Both the position numbers and the translations under genes were made by a program. Shown here in pieces: positions 46,501 through 54,585 of a stretch of DNA of 64,000 nt. The notes under the pieces are model-generated. The model was not told where the DNA came from. It did not search any database and was given only the letters and a program-made list of their open reading frames with translations. Source of the stretch: a virus; IMG/VR virus record IMGVR_UViG_3300028920_000064, positions 1-64,000 of that record. One strand, written 5' to 3'. Numbering within the stretch: position 1 is the stretch's first letter; the number at the start of each line of letters is the position of its first letter.

Positions 46501-49384
46501 AAGCTATCTGAGTACCTAATAGGGTTGTTGTATCAGCTGCAGTATAGAAACGAATGTTCATCGGGGCATTGTAAGAACTGTCACCCCCTATATAAATTGC
46601 GGAACTTGAAGGGCCTACAGCACCCCTGATCAATAACATGGGCTCTTCCGCATTAGTGTAATGTGGAACCGCTACATGACCATCTTTAAAAGTTGAGTCT
46701 GTTCTTGCCGTATAGTCGTTAATATCCCCTCCAACCAATATCTTTTCCCCATACTGATCCAGTTCGGCAGCATTGAGTAATTGGAGTCCGGCGGTAGTGA
46801 ATGTACCTACCTGGGTTCCAGATAAAGTAGTTTGATCATCAGCTAAATTGAACCGGATTTCAGTAAGTGTATTATAGGTATTATTTCCTCCAATTGCAAC
46901 GAAATTGCTGGTAGTACCAGAAGTTGCGCTAAAAACTCCAACATCTTCTTCATCCGTATCGTAATGAGGAATAGTAAATGAAAAATCTTTAATTACATTA
47001 TCTGTCCTTGAAGAACGATCATTAAAATCACTTCCAGCTAATATGGCTCCCCCATACTGATCCAGATACATCCCATCTTCCAGTGTCACCTTCTCTCCGT
47101 GCATGGATATCCCATGCCCGCCTGTGCGCTCGTATATATCGTCAACATACAGATCTCCGGTGGGGGTGATATCCCCGTTTACATCCAGGTTGTCCTCAAT
47201 AAGCACATTGCCGCCTGTGACCCATGATCTGAGTACCATGTTACCGGAAGCATCGATGCCCACATAACCCTGCTCGTCACCATCGTTGTCTTGGAAGGAG
47301 ATAAGGTTTGTTCCTCCCTCGGGCGTTCCCGGGAAAGATCCTGCTCCCACCTGCCGAATAGTCAATGGCCGGTCATTGGATGTTTGGATTGTTATCGGCC
47401 CGGTGAATGTTCCCCCGGTGACCGGCACAAAGGCTGCTGCAACAAATTCCAACCCATCTTCGGCTGGCTTTACTCGCACGAAGTAGCTGCCAAATCCTGT
47501 ATAATCAGTAGGTGTATCGCCTAATCCAGTAAATACCGTTACGCCAGCAACACTGTCTGCATACGCTTTTACTGCTCCATAATCAGGGATCCATCTGTCA
47601 TCAGTGATTCCGTTGGTAGAATAATCAGCTTCATACGCAAGGCCTTTTTCAAAAAGAAGATCCTCTAAAAATGTTCCGAAATTGGATGAAACCCGGAATA
47701 ATATATAATCTCCCGTTGCGTCCTGAACATACATACTTGCAGTTGAACCAGCTGCAACAGATTGAGCCGTTATCTGACAAGCTGGACTAAGATAGTCAAT
47801 GACGGGGCCAGAGTGGGCCGTGAGCCGTATCCTATTAGCATCGTAATACAGTTCAGTTGCAGTATCCACATCAGCAGCGGCAAGGGTTAATGAGTGAGTC
47901 CCAACGGGTATTGTTGTCGCTTGTGTTAATTCACCCCCTAAACGAACTGTTCCTGTTGTGTTGGTAAGCCCGTTCTCAAAGGTGTATGTTGCCGCCCCTG
48001 CAAATAATAAATCAACGTAGTCTTTGGCCACCAGCTGCCGGTCAACATAGCCGGCCTTATAATCACCCTTTTCTATGAGGCCGGTTGCTGTAATCTCATA
48101 TCCCCTGGTGTTGGCCGGGGTGCCAATGTCTCGCACCTGAAGGGTTACGGATGAATCGGTGACCTCAACCTGTCCCTCCGTGGATCCATCGCTGGCTTTT
48201 TGCACAATGCCTCCGGAGGCGGAAATGCTCTGGCTTACCGTTTGTCCAGCATCGGATCCGGAGAACAAGACTTCATAGCCTACCATGAGAATTGAGGTGT
48301 TCTCCTCAAGTATGCCGCCCCAAACCACATTCCCGGCACCCTCTGTGAGGCCATTTGAGAAGGTATATGTGCCTCCACCGCCTCCACCGGTCCATGGTGG
48401 GCATGGGGTCACTAACTCCGATGACACGCCTCCGCAGATGCCATCACCGGTGTATTCAACCATCTCCTGTATGATGTAAGATTGTTTGTCGGCTTCCTCA
48501 GCATCACCGGACCAATATGCTTCATTGAGCAGGTGCCATGCTGTGTTGAGGATGACAAGGCGTTTTTGGTAAAACTCCTGGTTGTTCAGGTTGCAAGCCA
48601 TCGCCTCCTTGTAGGTAAGGAGCATGGTTTCGATAACATCATACATCGCCCCTATACATCCCCCGTACACGCAATGGGTGAACTCACCGGATCCATCCCA
48701 GTAAATCCTTAAAGTATCGGGGTTGCGATATTCCACAAACGAGCTGATGGTAATCGTCCATTCATTCGTGTAGATCGGGGTCACCTGTACTTCAGCGTTG
48801 GAACTTACCACATCCGCTGGGGGTGTGGGAAGCTCATCCGGATACGCTATCCGGTGTTCACGGATAATCTGATGGACATTGTTTCCATATTCCGTGGTGT
48901 CTGTTGATGTCAGAACCCCTGTGTATGGTCCTGAAACAGTGGTGTTGGCAATCGTTGGAGGATCGAAATCATATTGGTAAGTGTCCAGGAAATTGTAATA
49001 CTCATCCAAAACACTGTTGTACCATGAGATCTTCAGGGTATAGTTCCCTTTCAGGATGTTGGTATAATCCGTCAGGGGATCCAGGGGAAGGGTAATCGTC
49101 TTGTTCAAATATCTGCTGGTGGCCGGCACGATATCGGGGCTGTTAAAATCTTCGTTCCGATATATCTCTCCCTCCGGGCCTGCCAGTATGATCGTGGCCA
49201 CAACATCGTTGATATTCCATCCAAGAACGCCATAGTCCAGGTTATCCTGCACAATGATGATCGGGTTGGTGGGCCTTAGATCTATGGTAAAAACAGCATC
49301 TCCGGCTGCCTGTGCTGCGTTGGCTAACACACCAGACGTTGTAAACGAGCTGTTAATGGTACCTGATATGTTTACTATTGCCAT
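40541..49384 (-). CDS. Giant modular tail fibre with C-terminal peptidase S74 intramolecular chaperone
   Basis: 2947 aa, G/T/S/D-rich, several repeat families; C-terminal SDIRLK...AGLSAQDVQAVLPEAV...DYDGVVALLVNAVKE. Confidence 0.88.
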   Translation of the reverse strand: MAIVNISGTINSSFTTSGVLANAAQAAGDAVFTIDLRPTNPIIIVQDNLDYGVLGWNINDVVATIILAGPEGEIYRNEDFNSPDIVPATSRYLNKTITLPLDPLTDYTNILKGNYTLKISWYNSVLDEYYNFLDTYQYDFDPPTIANTTVSGPYTGVLTSTDTTEYGNNVHQIIREHRIAYPDELPTPPADVVSSNAEVQVTPIYTNEWTITISSFVEYRNPDTLRIYWDGSGEFTHCVYGGCIGAMYDVIETMLLTYKEAMACNLNNQEFYQKRLVILNTAWHLLNEAYWSGDAEEADKQSYIIQEMVEYTGDGICGGVSSELVTPCPPWTGGGGGGTYTFSNGLTEGAGNVVWGGILEENTSILMVGYEVLFSGSDAGQTVSQSISASGGIVQKASDGSTEGQVEVTDSSVTLQVRDIGTPANTRGYEITATGLIEKGDYKAGYVDRQLVAKDYVDLLFAGAATYTFENGLTNTTGTVRLGGELTQATTIPVGTHSLTLAAADVDTATELYYDANRIRLTAHSGPVIDYLSPACQITAQSVAAGSTASMYVQDATGDYILFRVSSNFGTFLEDLLFEKGLAYEADYSTNGITDDRWIPDYGAVKAYADSVAGVTVFTGLGDTPTDYTGFGSYFVRVKPAEDGLEFVAAAFVPVTGGTFTGPITIQTSNDRPLTIRQVGAGSFPGTPEGGTNLISFQDNDGDEQGYVGIDASGNMVLRSWVTGGNVLIEDNLDVNGDITPTGDLYVDDIYERTGGHGISMHGEKVTLEDGMYLDQYGGAILAGSDFNDRSSRTDNVIKDFSFTIPHYDTDEEDVGVFSATSGTTSNFVAIGGNNTYNTLTEIRFNLADDQTTLSGTQVGTFTTAGLQLLNAAELDQYGEKILVGGDINDYTARTDSTFKDGHVAVPHYTNAEEPMLLIRGAVGPSSSAIYIGGDSSYNAPMNIRFYTAADTTTLLGTQIAFIDINGFYVDTIGELTAAAGVTINDEVYMPTIGGSGTGTSIVYYNRSTGELTYGDAPSGTSDVSVTNQGDNRVVTSTATTDVLNAEENVLYDGTSLTLLNGVFLDHYGDYLVLGSDFPSGGGRTDATAKLGAITFPHYTNSEENVVGLSVVVDGTNSRLYIGGGNTAKNAVTEIRLVTAANNTTLTGTLTALIDIDGLHVNAIGELTGAAGVTINDEVYLPGIGGTGTGTSILYYNRTTGEVTYADEGAGSMVYPAAGIAVSTGSAWDTSITDNSTNWNTAYSHSQVTSGNPHQVAWTELTGVRSGITLSGFDDDLTYGSSNVSVANQGDDRLITATGTTDALNAEQYATFDGSALTLLNGAELDQYGFSAIIGADTAGGFTSRTDAVAKGGMIAVPHYNTAEENTILIYGYNNSGGNAVNIGGGNGLGNAATGVGFFTAANTTTTSGTLTAFLDPTSLTLYNAAELDQYGVYIKVGSDAGSYTARTDATIKAGGVVVPHYTNAEEDVAVSLVSSTATTNVIFYGGGAADLNTVTRHAFYTAANNTTTTGTLTAEITPTNLTLYNAAELDQYGLTLKLGADLSDHLARTDNTAKNGLITGPHYDNDEEDILTIGHLVNDTSNQVFIGGGSALHNTATLISFWTAGDQTTTVGSRAGTFDSIGLNVNNISELNTDDGVTINDEVYLPGIGGTGTGTSIVYFNRTTGELTYGDAPTGTSDVSVNNQGDNRVVTSTATTDILNAEQYMTFDGSTLQLLNGAELDQVGFVAKIGADLPGFASRTDNTLKWGGIVFPHYSLSEEDVGGLYVSSGSTANLMLLGGGSALANTVTGINFYVAANNTTTTGTLTAEITPTNLTLYNAAELDQYGKKIKVGGDNNDWTTRTNSTVKTGALVGVHYTNAEEDVALIRYGSQISTSTLSLGGGDPALNAVTGIGLWVASDNTTLGGTLRAAVSNDGLEADVLLELTTDAGVTIRDEVYLPDITGTGTGTSIIYYNRTTGELTYADAPSGGGMVYPGAGIALSTGSGWDTSITDNSANWNTAYSHSQITTGNPHSIGYADITDFNTGVSTYETSHADVIVDGDFTANGLMRRTAAGVYDTITDSSSNWDTAYSHSQITTGNPHSIGYADISDFNTGVSTYETSHSDVVVDGDFGSNGILRRTAAGVYGSLTGSGSVDTVETTLTDDDTHIPTSGAVFAAIGAATVYTFDSGITEAGGNVDWGGTLSTDVTINGGNIYGITFGTYGSNQQIQYFNVSSEDDILIQAQFSVSSYGYLHISPYNDPEINLVCVFTDPKGFHIGADNFTVYDEQDLIGMVYNANYSAAGSSLDRWIPDWAAVKGYADTAASSYYTFDSGLTEVAGNVDLGGALTSSVAFSGTSRTFYVGTIGASSYVQSFGALSGTNSTLYSGGLTAIGWVNSVSGPPSTVKNIQFDVDAITVTDTEDSIGFQYADDYSTVGTTLDRWIPDWAAVKDYADGVANSAWTRTGTNLSPTNPGDDILLANTTERITFGDGDTYIFESAANSINITCNSGTALLVGALSIRPYLNVIPNATKTLELGSSSYYWNNAYVNRLYVDSASVYIDVDGTEMELTDSTGSYTLSDLAGGSGDVTASGTLTDNYLIVGNGTTSISVADATINFNAQNATNVGSLTLNNNRGIFPGSTPGSLGSPTFPWSYVVTNSLQAKQSIDTSAGGNLTVAGGDSAGGNGGNLYLKRGLALTAGTDGQIYFGTGSAGHLEAKGSETNVVYYNTTSGLLTYGTAGGGAWDVTSNVITPATSGDDIRLADTEHLEFGANTVWIQGSNTPGYIYFYGSSNRHLGIGAGGIWPYYSIIPSSGAGGDVNLGNAGYPFDDIFVDTIHITSINTTAGDYYLTYDSTTNEVRRGASTSDIRLKNYECVISSATQKVMALEGFLYSLNEQGQIETGLDGSMRAGLSAQDVQAVLPEAVRKLGQTDYLNIDYDGVVALLVNAVKEQQLEIEDLKSKLNIV
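43905..47065. repeat. Dispersed 21-bp module-junction repeat CCATACTGATCCAGTTCGGCA, plus a 96-bp near-perfect direct repeat
   Basis: Exact copies start at 43905, 44784, 45090, 45399 and 46749; partial copies near 44212, 46179 and 47052; 43905-44000 matches 44784-44879 with 1 mismatch. Confidence 0.9.
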
Positions 49385-49385
49385 G

Positions 49386-49925
49386 TTAGTTCATTTTTAC
49401 CGTCAACTGATTGTAACTGATCTGAGCCTGGTCACCGGTGGGGATATCCAGTGGTAAAGGCAATTCCTTTTTGAACAGCATATTTCCTCCCTGCAATGAA
49501 TCCATCACTGCTATATGGGTGATCGTCACTTCAGGCCCCTGATTTGGTGGCCATGTTGCCACCGGGATGTTCTTCGCTCCCCCGCTTTTATACTCCCATC
49601 CGGAAGCCCCTCTTATGATGGGGACCCTGGTATAACCTAAGTAGCTTGCTTCAAGCCCTTGGTCCCCTATCTCACCAGGATCCCCAGTAAGTAAAGCTAT
49701 GTAGAAATTCCCCTCAATCGCCGAACCCCTTAAACCTGATTGATCGCCAATCCCAGCAAAATCAAGGTTCATAAATAATAGCTCTACCACTTTTTGTTCC
49801 ATAAAATCTGTGGCATCATCAGCACCAATGCCTCCACCGCCACCATAGTCAATGTTGGTGAAATGCTCCAACGCTGTCCCGGTGGACAGTGTAGACATCT
49901 GTACTAATAGTTCTCCCGTTGTCAT
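49386..49925 (-). CDS. Tail/fibre-associated structural protein (paralog of 56674-57108)
   Basis: YIALLTGDPGE.G...EASY.GY.RV...RGASGW...ITHIAVMD. Confidence 0.7.
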   Translation of the reverse strand: MTTGELLVQMSTLSTGTALEHFTNIDYGGGGGIGADDATDFMEQKVVELLFMNLDFAGIGDQSGLRGSAIEGNFYIALLTGDPGEIGDQGLEASYLGYTRVPIIRGASGWEYKSGGAKNIPVATWPPNQGPEVTITHIAVMDSLQGGNMLFKKELPLPLDIPTGDQAQISYNQLTVKMN

Positions 49926-50365
49926 TATGGTAGTTCTTTATCCCACACTTTGTTAGCAATATCTGTCTTATCTTGCTCAGTCACCCCGGATCCCTGCACC
50001 ACAGTGATCAAACCAGCTGAATTGGTTGGGATGACCTGGACCTGATTCTGAAACAAAATTCCATTTTCTACATCCCAGATGTCATTGTTTGATTCTTCCA
50101 ATACAACAGTATACTGACCGTCCTCAAACCGAACTTGATAAGAATTTATAATTTTAATGAACGGTGCATAAGCCACTCCGGCAATGGTTGTCCCGGCTGT
50201 GTGTTCGTACGCTTGTTTAAACACAATAGCTTCTTCATTATCCATTATGGCCATAAGATCAGAACGAAACTTGCTGTTAGTTCCATAAGTATACAAGGTT
50301 CCAGAAACCAGCGTTAAATCTGATTGCGGAACATCAATGATCCTATTTGGAAAATCCACTGTCAT
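49925..50365 (-). CDS. Putative structural protein of the fibre cassette
   Basis: 146 aa, beta-rich; coupled to neighbours. Confidence 0.55.
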   Translation of the reverse strand: MTVDFPNRIIDVPQSDLTLVSGTLYTYGTNSKFRSDLMAIMDNEEAIVFKQAYEHTAGTTIAGVAYAPFIKIINSYQVRFEDGQYTVVLEESNNDIWDVENGILFQNQVQVIPTNSAGLITVVQGSGVTEQDKTDIANKVWDKELP

Positions 50366-53283
50366 TCGTCAGGTATCATGTAAATAGTTGCGTCCAATCC
50401 TGTATTATTAATAGTTCCAGTAAACGTCCCAGGTTGATAAAATGGTGAACTTGATGACTTTCTCGATCTGGCCGATACCGGTTGATCGCTTGAATATCGC
50501 AGGTTCACAGAAACTTCACCGTTTACGTCCGTGACATCGCTTATAATCGCACAAGTTGATACTATCGTTCCCGTAGCTGGTGTTGCGGGAGTTCCGGAAA
50601 CAGTGAAGGTATAAGCGTCGGCAGTTGTTACAGTTATTGTCTGAACACCGTTGTATTCCCTTTGATTGGCCCCTGCAATAAGAACCTTCTGCCCTGTTTG
50701 TAATCCATGAGAACTATGGCTTACCGTGGCCGTTGATCCGCTTCGGGTAATCGAAACCGAATCCTCATAAGGAAGATCGCCTCCGGAATCAGCAAGCATT
50801 AATACCCTCGCTCCCTGTATTGTAGCCTGAGTAGTTGCATTAAGAGCGGTCAGCTTTACGGGGAGTGATTCTACAATGTTCACCGTCCCTCCGTAGGGAG
50901 TACTTATTTTATCCGTATCAATCTCTGTTCCATTTGTCTTTACGATTGTCAATATCCCTGTTCCATGATATGCTATTTCACAAGTGCATCTCGAATCAAA
51001 GGTTATATTATCAAACTCAATCTCGAAATCCCCGGCAGTGCATTTATCAAATAATATTCCAATAGGATAATTTTCGATTTCTGTATCAGCCAAGGCATCA
51101 ATATCAGACTGCATATTGGCTTCCGTATCACTTTCAATTGTGTACTTCGCAGGAGCTCCCTTTTCAAACAATTCAGTAAGTTCTGCTTGGCTAAGTTCCC
51201 TTGTAAAGCTGAACCAATGAGCTGACCACATATACTCGTTTCCATCAAATGTAATGTCAGTGCCAAATACTTCAAGGTTAGTCTCAGGCTTGCCAAATAC
51301 CACATCGCCTACATGAGCATCCAGATTAGTTGAGGTAAGTGGATTTCCGTTATCTGCACTTTGCTTTATTGCATCAATCCAGAACTTAAATTCCTGATCA
51401 CCTCCATAATCAAATGCGAATACAATGAAATACGGCCTGTTTATATCAAGTGCGAAGTCTGAGTATACATGAACATTATCATCTCCTGTATCTGCAAACT
51501 GAGCCAATAGCTTATTTCCTACTCCCATTATAAAAGCAAGGTTATTTACTGATCCGCCCTCATTATAGAAACAGTTAAGTGATTTTTGGATGGTATTAAA
51601 GCATATCCATGTTCCAAAACTCCTTGCCGTTTGAGTTTGTGAATTCATGTCATCCACATCACTAATCCGCCTACTATCTGTATTTGAGTCAAAACGCAAA
51701 GCGTATGTTTCTCCCCTTACAAGTTCAGGGGAAGTATCAAATTCATGAGTGCCAACTACGCTCTGAGTCATCGGTCTATTGTCCGCAGAATAACCATCAT
51801 CATCAAAATCATTCTGAAGTTTCCACCAATGATCCGGAGTTCCTCCTGTTAAGTTGATCACAACATCAGAATACGATTCAGGTGGAATGCCCACCTGTAC
51901 GGCTATAAAACCAACATCAGACGAATCGTTTGTGACAAAAAGAAAACATAAAGAATCAGCCAACGCTCCCGCAACTATATCTATCTGAATTTGTGTATCT
52001 GACCACGAATCTACCGACTGAGTGACCTTTGTTCCTGTATAATCATCGTTCTCTACAAGTTCTACCTTTCCTGAACCTTGAGAAGATTCAAAATCTTGTC
52101 CTATAATAATTACATTGGTTTGGGAATTGCTTACAATATTATCACCATCTACACTGTCAATTTTAATGTATGCAGTTCCATTTATGTTTCCAAAATCAGC
52201 AACACCATACCAATAAGTTCCGGTATTACCGCTACGGTGTACCCATGTGCTAATTTGAGAAGCACTACTCATATATGCTGACAATGCTCCACGGGCATGA
52301 GCCGTTCCTCCTCCTTCAGAAAACCCCGTCCACTCCAAAGCACCTTCAGTAACATCAGCAAGCGTCTGCGGAACTGTTAGACTTGTATCATAGCTTCCAT
52401 TGTTTGGAATTGACTTACTTGCAGTTGTCCTTGCTGTACTCATGGCCGGATGACACAGTACATAGATGAATATGTCACCATTATTGGCAGATGTAGAATC
52501 AATCTCTACGCTTACCTTTGTAACATCAGAACCAGCTGCTGCGGCATGGGATCGATCTTCAATTGCGGTATTGCTTCCACTATCCCCTTCTTGTTGATTT
52601 TGGACAATCATGGCCTTACTCCAAGAGGGAACAGAAAAAGTACTGCCGCCTGTTCCTTGGGAATCGTTTACCAATGTTTTCTGACCAGTTGAAAAACCAC
52701 CTCTATAATATCCAACTGTCCAATTAGCACCAGTAAATTCAACTACTGTAACTTGAACATCTATCGCAGCCCCATTGTCATCTTGCCTTGAAACAACCAG
52801 ATTATCCGAAGAATCGATATAAGCAATCGCTCCCGCTTCTTGCCAAAGAGTGTTGCTATTTTGACCCGTATCCTTACCATTAATAAAGCAAACACACTTA
52901 TTACGATCTGAAATACCGGATACAGCGGTTGAGGTATTTTCCACGTTCGCTCCAAGAGCCATTGTATATCTGCCTCGTACAATAAACTCGTCAGGCCCAC
53001 CACTACTCCCGGTATAACGCCAAACCTCACCTATGACTTTTTGTTGTGAAGTTGATCCTTTCGTAATATTGAAGACAATCTGAGTAGTAGAATTCAACTT
53101 AGCCAAAACAGAAAGAGCGTCCGGCCCTTCGTTTCCAGTAGAACCCGTCGGCCCTCCAGACATATCCCTCCAGTTATTGATACGCACAAAGGCATTGTTC
53201 AGCACCACAGTATTGGTCAGAGTATGAGTCTGTCCATTACTGGATACATTAACATCGAACGTTTCTACCTTTAGTACTCCCAT
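50362..53283 (-). CDS. Fibre/spike protein with Ig-like and LamG/ConA-like domains
   Basis: II.GQDF...QGSGKV...SWSDTQI (IPT-like); PDHWWKL...RSFGTW...FW.D (LamG); ITRSGSTATV...HGL.TG beta domain. Confidence 0.7.
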   Translation of the reverse strand: MGVLKVETFDVNVSSNGQTHTLTNTVVLNNAFVRINNWRDMSGGPTGSTGNEGPDALSVLAKLNSTTQIVFNITKGSTSQQKVIGEVWRYTGSSGGPDEFIVRGRYTMALGANVENTSTAVSGISDRNKCVCFINGKDTGQNSNTLWQEAGAIAYIDSSDNLVVSRQDDNGAAIDVQVTVVEFTGANWTVGYYRGGFSTGQKTLVNDSQGTGGSTFSVPSWSKAMIVQNQQEGDSGSNTAIEDRSHAAAAGSDVTKVSVEIDSTSANNGDIFIYVLCHPAMSTARTTASKSIPNNGSYDTSLTVPQTLADVTEGALEWTGFSEGGGTAHARGALSAYMSSASQISTWVHRSGNTGTYWYGVADFGNINGTAYIKIDSVDGDNIVSNSQTNVIIIGQDFESSQGSGKVELVENDDYTGTKVTQSVDSWSDTQIQIDIVAGALADSLCFLFVTNDSSDVGFIAVQVGIPPESYSDVVINLTGGTPDHWWKLQNDFDDDGYSADNRPMTQSVVGTHEFDTSPELVRGETYALRFDSNTDSRRISDVDDMNSQTQTARSFGTWICFNTIQKSLNCFYNEGGSVNNLAFIMGVGNKLLAQFADTGDDNVHVYSDFALDINRPYFIVFAFDYGGDQEFKFWIDAIKQSADNGNPLTSTNLDAHVGDVVFGKPETNLEVFGTDITFDGNEYMWSAHWFSFTRELSQAELTELFEKGAPAKYTIESDTEANMQSDIDALADTEIENYPIGILFDKCTAGDFEIEFDNITFDSRCTCEIAYHGTGILTIVKTNGTEIDTDKISTPYGGTVNIVESLPVKLTALNATTQATIQGARVLMLADSGGDLPYEDSVSITRSGSTATVSHSSHGLQTGQKVLIAGANQREYNGVQTITVTTADAYTFTVSGTPATPATGTIVSTCAIISDVTDVNGEVSVNLRYSSDQPVSARSRKSSSSPFYQPGTFTGTINNTGLDATIYMIPDE

Positions 53284-53289
53284 TGCGTA

Positions 53290-54585
53290 TTATTCATCTG
53301 GAATCATTAAAATCGTTGCAGTAAACCCACTGCTTGTTACTGTACCCGATATAGGAGTGCTCCTATAATAAGGCGAAGAACTACCTTTTCGCACTACACC
53401 CACAATAGGCTGATTGCTCGAATAATCGATATTTTCAGTGACTATTCCGGAAGCATTAGTGAGTTCGTTAATGATTTCAGTACCAGCTGGCAAATCACCT
53501 CCGGAACCCGCTTCAATATATACTCTTGCATTTTCAATTACCGCACCGCTATTTATGTCCTTTACAGTGATTGTGATAGCAACAGATTCAACCACAGTAA
53601 TCGTTCCCCAAGGAGCAGAACATTTTGAGGCTATTGCATTGGCTCCATTTGTGTTTGTAAGAGTTAATGTTCCGGTGCCAAGATATTTTACTTGAATTGA
53701 GGCAAGCTCATTAAATGTAATATTATCAAGGCTTAATGTAACATCTCCATCTCCCGTAACCGCTTGTATTTCTATGCAACAAGCAGCGTTCCCTCTTTCA
53801 GTATCAGCATACGCATCTAAAGCTGTTTGCATAGCTGACTGAGTTCCGGAAGAAATAACAACATCTCCCAATGCTCCTTTTTCAAAAAGCTCTACACGAA
53901 TATCCTCATCAGACAGGTCTGCTACCGCTCCATCCCATGTACACCATTCGTTATACAATCCATTAACAGGGCCATTCAATATTACAGCAACCTCACCCAC
54001 ACCTACTGTTCCTGCCGGATCAGCAAATTCAGCAACACCCCTTGAATTAAGGTCTGCCGTATCTGGTTGCCTATCCACCGGAGAGGCATCAAGCATCTCT
54101 ATTCCATCAACAAAGAACTTTGCCTCGTTAGCATACCCATTACCAAGGAATATCCCACATAAATGATATACTCTATCTGGCACTAAGTAGGGGCCAAATA
54201 TCTGAATATCAAAATTTGTAGGCTCAACAACCTCAAACATAACATTGTTACCTATTGCAAGCACAAAATGGAAGGCCGTTGATTGATTGCCTTCCCCATA
54301 TACTCGTTTAGGAGGCCCCTGTTCAGTATCCACCATAAACCAACCAGCTACAGCCTTACGGCTTTGTGCAGAGTTATTTATATCCGTGGTTGTGGGAATA
54401 GAAACCCTATCGCCTGTTGTATTTGATCTACCAGCATTTGTAACATCCTTACATAACGGAGTGGCAGGATAATCCCAACCCGTACCAGTACCATCGGCAG
54501 AGCCTACTTGATCAGTGATGTCACTGTCAAAAGACCACCGATGATCCGGGCTGAGGTTAGAATCTATGTCACTTCCGTATGCCAT
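53290..54585 (-). CDS. LamG/ConA-like domain structural protein
   Basis: PDHRWSFD...AVAGWF...YHLCGIF...FFVDG; paralogous to the C-terminal half of 50362-53283. Confidence 0.7.
   Translation of the reverse strand: MAYGSDIDSNLSPDHRWSFDSDITDQVGSADGTGTGWDYPATPLCKDVTNAGRSNTTGDRVSIPTTTDINNSAQSRKAVAGWFMVDTEQGPPKRVYGEGNQSTAFHFVLAIGNNVMFEVVEPTNFDIQIFGPYLVPDRVYHLCGIFLGNGYANEAKFFVDGIEMLDASPVDRQPDTADLNSRGVAEFADPAGTVGVGEVAVILNGPVNGLYNEWCTWDGAVADLSDEDIRVELFEKGALGDVVISSGTQSAMQTALDAYADTERGNAACCIEIQAVTGDGDVTLSLDNITFNELASIQVKYLGTGTLTLTNTNGANAIASKCSAPWGTITVVESVAITITVKDINSGAVIENARVYIEAGSGGDLPAGTEIINELTNASGIVTENIDYSSNQPIVGVVRKGSSSPYYRSTPISGTVTSSGFTATILMIPDE

Noticed and set aside
43905-47065. Regularly spaced 21-mers as a CRISPR-like array
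   Set aside because: Spacing is about 300 bp or more, all copies are in one coding frame, and no cas genes are present
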